A DNA stretch of 22,213 nt from the UHGV virus genome UHGV-0117651, one strand, 5' to 3'. The notes beneath the pieces were generated by a model. It ran no database searches, had not been told where the DNA came from, and saw only the letters and a program-made list of their open reading frames with translations. The translations under genes and the position numbers were made by a program. Shown one piece after another: positions 15,182-22,213 of this stretch. The DNA comes from a virus. Numbering within the stretch: position 1 is the stretch's first letter; every line of letters starts with the position of its first letter.

Positions 15182-17938
15182 GTTTCCACTGGTCAGGCCA
15201 CCCCGCAGCAGGTCTGCTTTGCGGCTGGCGCGTTCAGTGGTTTCACTGATTCTCTGTGCGTGCTCTGCGTCGCGGATGGCGCGCAGCATGTCAGAAAGCA
15301 CGGTAACGGGAGTTTTCATGGTGTTCTGGTCCTGCTGAATTGTGGATGCCAGGCGTGCGGCGGCTTCGGGTTCTGATGCCCCGAGCTGCTCCAGATAGCT
15401 GGCGACCGGGTTATGGCGGATCTCCATGCTGCATACGCCGTGATTACGGCTCAGGCGCTGCCAGAGCTGCGTGATTCGGCTGTCCGGGCGGGTATCCGGT
15501 TTGCGTACAATTTCAAATCCCTGCGGTGCAATGATGCTGCCGTCAACGTACAGACTGCCGCCCCGTAACAGGTGCTGCATCTGTTGTTCACCGATATGCA
15601 GGCCGAGAGATTCAGCAGACTCCCGCCATTCTTTAGCGAGTAATTCGTGGTTATCAGGCAAAGGCCGCTGCTGTTTGCGGCTCTGTGTCCAGCTCTGCAT
15701 TTCATCACTGCTGTTTTTTGCCTGTTTGTCACGAAGCGAACGCATCAGCGCCCGGCGTTCGTGCCGTTTCAGTGAGCGCATCCATTCGTTCACTTCAACG
15801 CCGTCAGGAAGCTGCGGCCACGGTGCTGGCCGTTCTTCCGACTGTTCTGTCCCGCTGTTGCCTGTTTCCTGTACACGGGGACAGTTATTGCCACGAGTCC
15901 AAGGGGCGGCAGGGCCGCCCTGAAGGTCAAAACCATTTTCGCGGGCGCTGTCTTCCGCTTCCGGTTTGCGTCTTACCAGCTTCCAGTTATCCGGATGCGT
16001 GCATACGCGGGAAGACTCCCCAATGAGCGGCGACCAGATCCCGTAAATCTGTACGCTCTGTTCACCGTAATCGTTCAGCTCATCTGCGAGGTCGTAGGCG
16101 GTGCGAATCAGGTAGTCTTTGCGTGGAACAAGTACGCCACCCTGTTTCTCAATGTAGGTGGCAAAACATCCGGCATCAGCGGCAGCGAGTACCGCGTCCA
16201 TTGCGTCATCCTTCAGCCGTTGCGGGCCTTCCGGGTTGCGTGCCATCTGGCTGGCAAGGCGGCGCAGTTCACGCCACACCTGACGGGAGGGGATACCAAA
16301 GAACTGGAACTGGCGGACCCGGTGAAGGCGCGCCCAGCCGATGGCGCGTTCCACGCTCTCGGCCATTGATTTTCCGGTTTCGTGGTCAACGCGTGGCTTG
16401 CCCGTTTTCGGGTCGATGCCATCCACGGCGCGGCTGTCCAGGTTTTTTCCGATGTAGGTCGCGATATAGCTGGTTGGTGTGCCTTTTGAGCCGTCGACAT
16501 ACTCCACCTTAAAGCGCGGAGTAATATCATTGCCCAGCTCGTGGCGGTCTTCCTGAATGGCAATATCGCGGGTGATGGCCACGATGCTGTCGATTTCTTC
16601 CGGATGAGCAAAGACCATCATATGCCAGTGCACGGTGCCGTCATGGTGAGGCTCCACCGTGCGGATGCCATACCAGCGCAGACCGTCGCGGTTCAGTTTT
16701 TTGCGGACTGCCGCAAAAAACGTGTTAACCAGGTAATCGCTGGAGTCGCGCATGGTGGCCCCGTTCCATTTGGGGTTCGGATGACCGTTCTCCGTTGTTG
16801 CGTGGTATTTTGACGGGCAGGTGACAGTCAGAAACACCGCTCTGTCGCCACGGGCTTCGGCCAGAAGTTCCAGTCCCTTCATGGTGGCCATCATTTCTGC
16901 CTTACGGTGAACCGGGTTACTTACTCCCGCGTAATACACCGTCTCGAGATCAATCGTGAACCCGTCTTCATTTTCTAGCATGAAACTTTTCAGGAAATCG
17001 CGTGTTTTCTCGCGCTGTGCGCGAAACTCGCTTAACGCGTCCTGGCTCAGATAGGGTGATGTTTTTCTGGAAACCAGACAGGCGGCGCGGAGTTGTTCTT
17101 CTCTCCACTCGCAACGTAACAGCCACAGTTTGCGTTTCCACCATTCCGCACAGGTCAGGCGAAGGATTGCGCCCGGCAGCAGCTCCGTGTCTGGTTCGTT
17201 CCTCCGGTCTTTGTCTGTTGTCAGTGCGTCATAATGTGGAGGCATGGCGTGCAGGTGTAACGCCATGCGGGCCAGCATCTGATACGCCTTCAGCGTTACA
17301 TCCATGGTCAGCTCGCCATCGGTCGCGCCAAAGCCATCGCAGAGTTTTTCGAAGGTGCTGCTGAACATCGCCGCCGTCATGGTGGCCAGCGTCTGTATCT
17401 GGTGTTTGTTGAGCTGCGGCAGGTAAAGCAAATCGTCCAGGCGTTCGCGTCCGGCAAGGGAGCGATAACCCGGTGTCAGCCAGTGTCCGTCAGTGCGATC
17501 CAGACGTTCGAATATTTTGCGCAGGGTTCCGCGTGCATAGCGTTCCGCCTGCCAGCTCTTTTTGCCTTTCCGGCGATCGGCTTCCTGTTTTTTGCGCAGG
17601 AAGGAGAGGTGGCGAATAAGCGGATCGCGCAGATAGGACGGCAGCAGGTGCAGCGAGGCCATGGCTTCATCCACCGCGCCTCGTGCCTGTTTTCTGGCGT
17701 CTCCTGCCAGTGTGATGGTTTTGTCCTGTTTTTCCTGTGCGTCCAGGCTTTTATTAATCAGGTTGCCCAGCGGCGTGGCGGAGAACGCCGCATCAGCCAT
17801 TTCCTGGCGGCGTTCGTTCTCTGCCCGGTAGGCATCCAGCCAGGAGGAAAGCGCGGATTCAGGAGCGGGGATCCCCGTTCCTTCACGCCCCACGGCGTGG
17901 CGCGGTTGTTGCCAGTCCCTGATGTACTCTGCCGTCAT
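15116..17938 (-). CDS. A: Rolling-circle replication initiator or endonuclease (P2 gpA family)
   Basis: 940-aa ORF with an H-x-H metal-binding motif (HWHMMVF) and a Tyr-containing motif (YIATYIGKN), characteristic of gpA-type initiators. It is the last large gene of the early operon. The ORF is longer than gpA as I recall it, with an extended C-terminus. Confidence 0.8.
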   Translation of the reverse strand: MTAEYIRDWQQPRHAVGREGTGIPAPESALSSWLDAYRAENERRQEMADAAFSATPLGNLINKSLDAQEKQDKTITLAGDARKQARGAVDEAMASLHLLPSYLRDPLIRHLSFLRKKQEADRRKGKKSWQAERYARGTLRKIFERLDRTDGHWLTPGYRSLAGRERLDDLLYLPQLNKHQIQTLATMTAAMFSSTFEKLCDGFGATDGELTMDVTLKAYQMLARMALHLHAMPPHYDALTTDKDRRNEPDTELLPGAILRLTCAEWWKRKLWLLRCEWREEQLRAACLVSRKTSPYLSQDALSEFRAQREKTRDFLKSFMLENEDGFTIDLETVYYAGVSNPVHRKAEMMATMKGLELLAEARGDRAVFLTVTCPSKYHATTENGHPNPKWNGATMRDSSDYLVNTFFAAVRKKLNRDGLRWYGIRTVEPHHDGTVHWHMMVFAHPEEIDSIVAITRDIAIQEDRHELGNDITPRFKVEYVDGSKGTPTSYIATYIGKNLDSRAVDGIDPKTGKPRVDHETGKSMAESVERAIGWARLHRVRQFQFFGIPSRQVWRELRRLASQMARNPEGPQRLKDDAMDAVLAAADAGCFATYIEKQGGVLVPRKDYLIRTAYDLADELNDYGEQSVQIYGIWSPLIGESSRVCTHPDNWKLVRRKPEAEDSARENGFDLQGGPAAPWTRGNNCPRVQETGNSGTEQSEERPAPWPQLPDGVEVNEWMRSLKRHERRALMRSLRDKQAKNSSDEMQSWTQSRKQQRPLPDNHELLAKEWRESAESLGLHIGEQQMQHLLRGGSLYVDGSIIAPQGFEIVRKPDTRPDSRITQLWQRLSRNHGVCSMEIRHNPVASYLEQLGASEPEAAARLASTIQQDQNTMKTPVTVLSDMLRAIRDAEHAQRISETTERASRKADLLRGGLTSGNKKQTETGLTNPVNEQKTRSDI

Positions 17939-17944
17939 AGTGAT

Positions 17945-18310
17945 TTACTTCGTCATGCCATTCAGGGTGTCGCGGCAGACGGTAGCCAGCCGCTGAATTT
18001 CCAGCACGGTGTCTTCTGTGTCGGCATGGCGATGTGTGATGCGGATGCTGTCGGCAATCACATCGACGATTGCAGAGGATGGGCGCTGGTAAATGCCAAT
18101 AACGGACGGGGTGCCACCTTCAATGCGGTAAAGCCTGTAATTTCCCTCGTGGCTGTCGATCATGTAGCGACCATCAATAACAATTTTTCCGTCAGCGAGT
18201 TGCGGTACAGGCAGGGATTTCAGGTACATGTCATAACGATCACGCACGCGAGCGGCAAGATCACGTTCTGTGTTGAGCAGGTATTCAAGAAAGTCGTTGG
18301 CGAGAATCAT
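17945..18310 (-). CDS. Hypothetical early-operon protein (121 aa), coupled to gpA
   Basis: ORF ending 7 nt before the gpA start. No family recognised. Confidence 0.5.
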   Translation of the reverse strand: MILANDFLEYLLNTERDLAARVRDRYDMYLKSLPVPQLADGKIVIDGRYMIDSHEGNYRLYRIEGGTPSVIGIYQRPSSAIVDVIADSIRITHRHADTEDTVLEIQRLATVCRDTLNGMTK

Positions 18311-18382
18311 TGCGGCAATCCTCTTGTTACAGATGTGCGAAGGCCTCCCGCCGCAAGGTGCAGGAAAGGCCCGGAACAGGAA

Positions 18383-18613
18383 TTAATGGTGTTTGTTTTG
18401 CTGCTGGATGAGCTGTTGAAGCTCGTGCAGATCATTCGCCAGATAGCTGTAAACAGAGGCGGAATAAATGTTTGATAGTGCGTGGCTGCGCTCATGCAGC
18501 ATATTGATGTGCATGATTTGCGCGACGCGTGATGCGCGGGAAAGTCTGCGGTTGATTTCAGTCTGGATGTGACGACGCTCCGCGATAGCGCGGTGTGGTT
18601 TGCGGTTTGCCAT
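18383..18613 (-). CDS. Hypothetical early-operon protein (76 aa, basic)
   Basis: ORF with AAGGGG upstream of the ATG. It is preceded by the structured 320-bp leader. Confidence 0.45.
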   Translation of the reverse strand: MANRKPHRAIAERRHIQTEINRRLSRASRVAQIMHINMLHERSHALSNIYSASVYSYLANDLHELQQLIQQQNKHH

Positions 18614-18935
18614 GGTGTGGCCCCTTGTGTAGTAAGTTGTGAAAACTCACCATCCAGAGCTGCGAAACTGTGGGTGGCGAGACGTACGAGGTTCGCAGTA
18701 CCGGCTACACAAGAACCCGGCCCGACCGAAGTCGGCCCCGTACGCCCCGCCATAATTCTGACGCGAAAAAAACGTGGCAATACAGTACGCACAAAAAAAC
18801 CGCTGGCGCGGTTGTGCGCTTGTGTAGTCAGCAGGCTGCGAAACCCGACACCCGTTTTGTGAGGTGCAGCGGAAATGTAACCTGACTGATTGCGACATGG
18901 CAAGCGGTTTTTTTGTGTGTGCATGTTCTGGTTTC
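18614..18935 (-). promoter_or_regulatory. Structured noncoding leader inside the early operon, with three copies of a bipartite motif (CTTGTGTAG + GCTGCGAA); the middle copy is inverted
   Basis: Copy 1 at 18623-18661 (direct), copy 2 at 18690-18714 (inverted, GGTTCGCAG...GCTACACAAG) and copy 3 at 18819-18844 (direct). A GC-rich hairpin lies at 18716-18740. Copy 1 overlaps the ribosome-binding site of the 76-aa ORF. Confidence 0.45.
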
Positions 18936-19235
18936 TTACTGGTTCAGAAAAAAATCAAAAACCTTGTCAATGCGTTGCAGCAGCTCTTGCTGCATTGCTT
19001 CCGGCGTTTCCGGTTCGCCAGGTGCCCCCAGCGTTGCGCAGAAATCAGCGATTTCATGATGGAGCGTCAGGCGAATGGCAGGAGCCGTGGTTTTGGCGTG
19101 CTCCAGCTGATCCAGCAGTGCCAGCACAGCAGACGGCGAGAGCATTACGCGAAATGCCAGTAATTTTTGAGGAGTTGCCATTCGTTGCAGGGCAAATGCC
19201 AGTTCGCGTAGCTTCTGGTGGTTGATGGTGCTCAT
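18936..19235 (-). CDS. Hypothetical early-operon protein (99 aa)
   Basis: ORF whose start overlaps the stop of the upstream gene. No family recognised. Confidence 0.5.
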   Translation of the reverse strand: MSTINHQKLRELAFALQRMATPQKLLAFRVMLSPSAVLALLDQLEHAKTTAPAIRLTLHHEIADFCATLGAPGEPETPEAMQQELLQRIDKVFDFFLNQ

Positions 19236-19498
19236 GTTCTGGCTTCCTTCATTAGCTGGTTAAACATGTGAGTAAGTGGATTGCTACACCCGAACGGCAT
19301 CGGGTTTACGTGGTAAGAAGCCTGGCCTCCAGTTTTGCGAGCGCGACCACCTGTGCTGCGGTTTGTTCTGATGACTAAGCCGCTGCGCCAAAGTCGGCGT
19401 AACTCAGCATTAATAGCTGTGGTTGGGGTGTTCAGTGCTGCGGCGATTTCTCCGCCGCTACAACCCGGATGTGTAGTGATGTAGTCCAGAATGGTCAT
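19232..19498 (-). CDS. Putative winged-helix DNA-binding protein (88 aa)
   Basis: GGEIAAALNTPTTAINAELRRLWRSGLV looks like a helix-turn-helix with a wing. Overlapping start and stop with both neighbours. Confidence 0.45.
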   Translation of the reverse strand: MTILDYITTHPGCSGGEIAAALNTPTTAINAELRRLWRSGLVIRTNRSTGGRARKTGGQASYHVNPMPFGCSNPLTHMFNQLMKEART

Positions 19499-19698
19499 TT
19501 GCGTGGCTCCTGTACCTGTCGGATAAGATTCACCCGCGCCACGTTGGTGGCGCAGAAGTAAGTGCCGTCAGTGAGGTAGATGTGGTGTGCATCCTTTTCC
19601 GAACGATGTTTGTCGATAGTGGTAATCAGGCGTTCGTCGACCTCGTATTCGCGCCCTCTGGAGGTAAAGCGAATGATGGGAAAATGCTTAATTGCCAT
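19495..19698 (-). CDS. Hypothetical protein (67 aa)
   Basis: ORF coupled to the downstream gene. No family recognised. Confidence 0.4.
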   Translation of the reverse strand: MAIKHFPIIRFTSRGREYEVDERLITTIDKHRSEKDAHHIYLTDGTYFCATNVARVNLIRQVQEPRK

Positions 19699-19721
19699 TG
19701 CGCCCCCTTTGTCCAGTAACC

Positions 19722-20138
19722 CTATGCGTGAAATACGGCACGTTGCGCGTCATCAATGAATACAGCTTGAGATCGTTCTATCAGGCGGAGATTTGTCAGA
19801 AGCTCTGACTCTTTTGTGTGGTAAGGCGTTATCAGGTAGTTGCCGTGCAGTTCGGCAATAATGGTGTATTGCGTCATTATTGCCGAACCAAGAATGTAAA
19901 TGCGGCGTCCAATGCTGGACGGATTCATGGCTGCAACTGTTGACTGTGTTTTAAGAGTGTCGATTTCTTTGCCCTGTTCCTCAATAATTTTGGCTGCTTC
20001 AGAGGTGGCTATTGCGATGGTCAGTGCGTAAAGCGCTGCCATATGTTGATTATCTTTCTGGGCTGCCCTGGACAGCTTGTCTTGCTCTGCTGACACTATT
20101 TTTAATGTATTGATAATATTTTTTTCTTTTGCGTTCAT
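19722..20138 (-). CDS. Hypothetical protein (138 aa)
   Basis: ORF with GGAGAT upstream of the ATG. No family recognised. Confidence 0.5.
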   Translation of the reverse strand: MNAKEKNIINTLKIVSAEQDKLSRAAQKDNQHMAALYALTIAIATSEAAKIIEEQGKEIDTLKTQSTVAAMNPSSIGRRIYILGSAIMTQYTIIAELHGNYLITPYHTKESELLTNLRLIERSQAVFIDDAQRAVFHA

Positions 20139-20230
20139 TTTATATCTCCGTTATTTACGTGTGCGAATACCTCCGCGAATGCGGATAGTTTTCAGGTTTT
20201 CGGGTTTAATCTGGTGTTTTGTTTAAGCTA

Positions 20231-20344
20231 TTATTTGTCAGTGAAAAAGCGTTCAATCTTTTTTACTGAATGAATAATTCGCATAATCCCAATGGCGCAG
20301 GCCACCGAAATAATCAGAACAAGCCATGAGATAAATATACTCAT
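20231..20344 (-). CDS. Small hydrophobic peptide (37 aa, single predicted transmembrane helix with a basic C-terminus). Not in the ORF track because it is under 60 aa.
   Basis: Manual translation gives MSIFISWLVLIISVACAIGIMRIIHSVKKIERFFTDK. Its ATG overlaps the TGA of the upstream 80-aa ORF (ATGA). GGGGAA lies 6 nt upstream. Confidence 0.4.
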   Translation of the reverse strand: MSIFISWLVLIISVACAIGIMRIIHSVKKIERFFTDK

Positions 20345-20583
20345 GCGATATTCCCCAGCTTATACGGTTCAATGTGTTCCCCGCATTCTGCGGCACAGAT
20401 CAGCTCGGAAAGTTCGTTCAGTGCATCCAGATCATCAGCGTAAAAAGCAACGTCATACAAACTCCGGATTGCCCTGGTCAATGAGTCACGGGCTGCATGT
20501 TCAGCATGAGCGCCTAATGCACTTAAGCGAAAATAAAATCGTTCAAGTGCTTTGTTAATGAGAGTTTTATATTCTTTGCCCAT
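20341..20583 (-). CDS. Hypothetical protein (80 aa)
   Basis: ORF in the early operon. No family recognised. Confidence 0.45.
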   Translation of the reverse strand: MGKEYKTLINKALERFYFRLSALGAHAEHAARDSLTRAIRSLYDVAFYADDLDALNELSELICAAECGEHIEPYKLGNIA

Positions 20584-20594
20584 CGCAACGCCCT

Positions 20595-20873
20595 TTAATC
20601 TGCTTTCTGAATTTCAGCTTCTGAATCCATACAAATAATTTCGATATAGGGTTCATCGCCATTAACCTGACGTGCCTTTTCAGCTTCGCTAATGATTTCT
20701 CGTACGGTCTGGTACGGAAGCTCCACAGTCAGGCGCGTACCGTTCAGATAAACGTAAGTAGCTGCGTTTTTTTCGGATGGAACAACTCCGTCAATGGCTG
20801 ATGCGCGTAATAACAGTTCACCGCGAAAATCAATAAAACGGATAAATACACCTTGTGCATGCTCTTTGGTCAT
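20595..20873 (-). CDS. Hypothetical protein (92 aa from ATG 20873; the ORF track extends to 20933)
   Basis: Internal ATG (MTKEH) with AGGTG upstream. This start avoids a 50-nt overlap with the upstream gene. Confidence 0.45.
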   Translation of the reverse strand: MTKEHAQGVFIRFIDFRGELLLRASAIDGVVPSEKNAATYVYLNGTRLTVELPYQTVREIISEAEKARQVNGDEPYIEIICMDSEAEIQKAD

Positions 20874-20883
20874 AAAGCACCTG

Positions 20884-21234
20884 TTATAAATCAGCCTGTT
20901 TAATAAAACTTTGCCCGCGAAGCAGACGATCAACCGTGCGAAGTGCTTCGTATAATGTGAAATCCTGCCCGAAGTGATTGTCGCCGCAGTTCAATGCAAA
21001 AATGCGGTTTCCGGTAAACGGATTGCGTGGGCATTTGTGGACCACGATTCCAGCTTTCTCAATCAGCCAGGCATGCTCGCCGATTTGTTTTACAGCGTGG
21101 CCATCCGGTGTTGCGTGCGTCTCGTTCAGGTTATAGCGACTGTTACTACGTGATGCACTGGTAGCGACGTGGTGTACATGGCGTTCTACGCCATTACGAA
21201 ATTTGGAGTATGGATTATTAGCGTTTTTTTTCAT
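20884..21234 (-). CDS. Hypothetical protein (116 aa)
   Basis: ORF in the early operon. Contains His and Cys residues (HVHH, HKCP, NCGDNH). No family recognised. Confidence 0.45.
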   Translation of the reverse strand: MKKNANNPYSKFRNGVERHVHHVATSASRSNSRYNLNETHATPDGHAVKQIGEHAWLIEKAGIVVHKCPRNPFTGNRIFALNCGDNHFGQDFTLYEALRTVDRLLRGQSFIKQADL

Positions 21235-21255
21235 GATGGTGCTCTGTTCATTGTT

Positions 21256-21459
21256 TTAGCTGTTAGCCAAAGCGTCTTTTAACATCGCCACAAGGTTTAC
21301 TTCAGGCTTTTCCATTTTGGCGCGTTTGGGGCGGATAATAATTCGACCGTCAGCCAACATCTTTTTGCATGTATTAAGAGGGATACCTGTTATCTCTGCA
21401 TATTTCTGCAGGGATACATAGGGGGCATTCACATTGATATTGATGGTTATACCTGACAT
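21256..21459 (-). CDS. Cox/Apl/excisionase-like small helix-turn-helix DNA-binding protein
   Basis: VSLQKYAEITGIPLNTCKKMLADGRI resembles the helix-turn-helix of P2 Cox as I recall it and Xis/AlpA-type proteins. It is the second gene of the early operon. Confidence 0.55.
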   Translation of the reverse strand: MSGITININVNAPYVSLQKYAEITGIPLNTCKKMLADGRIIIRPKRAKMEKPEVNLVAMLKDALANS

Positions 21460-21475
21460 CCCACTAGCCTCCTGA

Positions 21476-21682
21476 TCAGGAAGATTTGTTTTGTTCTTTC
21501 TGGGTTAGCTCTAGGCCGCGAAGGAAGATCATGCGCGCCATGTTAGAGGATGAGCGTTGTTCTTTAGCTGCCATTTCATCAATGACGGCTCGCTCCTCGA
21601 GGGACAGCCGAAGTGCCAGTCTTGGACCTGTGGCGGTGTTACGCGGAATGCGTGATCTGGTATCGTGAAGAACTTGTTTCAT
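21476..21682 (-). CDS. Putative ribbon-helix-helix (Arc/CopG-like) regulator, first gene of the early operon
   Basis: LRLSLEERAVIDEMAAKEQRSSSNMARMIFLRGLE looks like a beta-strand followed by two helices. It is transcribed divergently from the repressor. Confidence 0.4.
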   Translation of the reverse strand: MKQVLHDTRSRIPRNTATGPRLALRLSLEERAVIDEMAAKEQRSSSNMARMIFLRGLELTQKEQNKSS

Positions 21683-21724
21683 AGTGGTATATTGTGATCA
21701 TCTAATAGCTCGTGAAATCATTTT

Positions 21725-21742
21725 GGTATCAAAAAAGATACC
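21725..21742. promoter_or_regulatory. Candidate operator palindrome GGTATC-AAAAAA-GATACC in the switch region
   Basis: Perfect 6-bp dyad in the 76-bp gap between the divergent repressor and early-operon genes. Confidence 0.4.
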
Positions 21743-21758
21743 TGCCAAGGTTTTTTGT

Positions 21759-22163
21759 ATGAAAAATGATATTGGTCAGCGGTTGCGTGAGGAAAGGGAA
21801 AGATTGGGACTTAGTCAAGTTGCCATGAGCGACATTGGTGGAGTCAAAAAGCTAACTCAGCTTAGATATGAGAAAGGAGATAGCTTTCCTGATGCTGCGT
21901 ATTTGGCAGCGCTGTCTCGTTTTGGCCTTGATGTTCAGTATGTTGTGTTGGGAATTCACTCACCTGAAACTTATAACGATGATGAGCAGGAGTTGATTAC
22001 TCGCTTTCGAGCAGCTTCGTTAGATGTGAAAAACGCGGTGATTGGGGCTTTAAAAGGTGCGATCAGTGAAAAGGAAACTCAGCCATCAGGACGTGAGTTA
22101 AATATTTCTGGTGGTAAAAACCGTATCGCTGGTCGTGACTATAACGAAACTAAGGGTAGGTGA
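21759..22163 (+). CDS. XRE-family helix-turn-helix immunity repressor (C/CI-like)
   Basis: From ATG 21759: MKNDIGQRLREERERLGLSQVAMSDIGGVKKLTQLRYEKG is a classic XRE helix-turn-helix. Divergent from the early operon. The ORF track start at 21684 is probably an upstream extension. Confidence 0.7.
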   Translation: MKNDIGQRLREERERLGLSQVAMSDIGGVKKLTQLRYEKGDSFPDAAYLAALSRFGLDVQYVVLGIHSPETYNDDEQELITRFRAASLDVKNAVIGALKGAISEKETQPSGRELNISGGKNRIAGRDYNETKGR

Positions 22164-22178
22164 TAATAGGGAGGTGAC

Positions 22179-22213
22179 ATGGCCGTCAACTCAAACGGTT
22201 CAAACAATCGCGT
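22179..22213 (+). CDS. Start of a downstream gene (partial, MAVNSNGSNNR...). An integrase would be expected here by P2 synteny, but this cannot be confirmed.
   Basis: Strong GGGAGGTGA ribosome-binding site 1 nt before the ATG at 22179. The ORF runs off the window. Confidence 0.3.
   Translation, partial: MAVNSNGSNNR

Noticed and set aside
17402-18475. 357-aa ORF on the + strand, antisense to gpA and upstream genes
   Set aside because: It overlaps the gpA start and the 121-aa and 76-aa early genes on the opposite strand. No motif is recognisable and it is most likely an antisense artefact.
18700-18745. Possible tRNA-like element (GGTTCGCAG plus a GC-rich hairpin)
   Set aside because: No cloverleaf can be drawn. 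The T-loop consensus GGTTCGAATCC is not matched and there is no acceptor stem or CCA context.
18647-18898. 83-aa Cys-containing ORF (- strand) within the 320-bp early-operon gap, a possible zinc-finger protein
   Set aside because: The start has no convincing ribosome-binding site. The Cys spacing does not fit the TraR/DksA or Ogr-type zinc fingers as I recall them. The region is better explained by the repeated RNA-structure motifs. It is kept as an alternative in the corresponding finding.

Overview
This window reads as a P2-like (peduovirus-type) prophage or phage-derived element with several non-canonical insertions. All protein family calls are from reading the translated ORFs by eye; no database search was run. 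On the + strand: tail tape measure gpT (100-2814), tail protein gpU (2821-3315), terminase large subunit gpP (9845-11596) and portal gpQ (11596-12642). On the - strand: capsid scaffold gpO, major capsid gpN, small terminase gpM, a truncated capsid-completion gpL, a ParM/ParR partition pair, the gpA rolling-circle replication initiator and an early operon of small genes. The early operon ends at a divergent lysogeny switch with an XRE-type repressor (21759-22163, + strand). The three most unusual loci are: (1) a Hin/Gin/Pin-family serine invertase (3342-3941, -) next to three tandem, same-orientation tail-fibre 'tail-collar' cassettes, each starting with a near-identical ~150 bp block that contains a gix/hix-like crossover site; (2) a sialate-O-acetylesterase-like (SGNH/SASA) gene joined by an overlapping ATGA to a gpL cut at codon ~90, which sits where about 10 kb of P2 late genes (X through E) would normally be; (3) a plasmid R1-type parMR module with a parC-like repeat pair in the accessory locus between gpA and the cos/portal end, where P2 carries tin/old. 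Additional signals are a structured 320 bp leader with mutually exclusive helices that could gate the ribosome-binding site of the replication sub-operon, an unannotated 37-aa membrane peptide, and a noncoding region with a long inverted repeat and terminator. No rRNA, tRNA or CRISPR array was seen.
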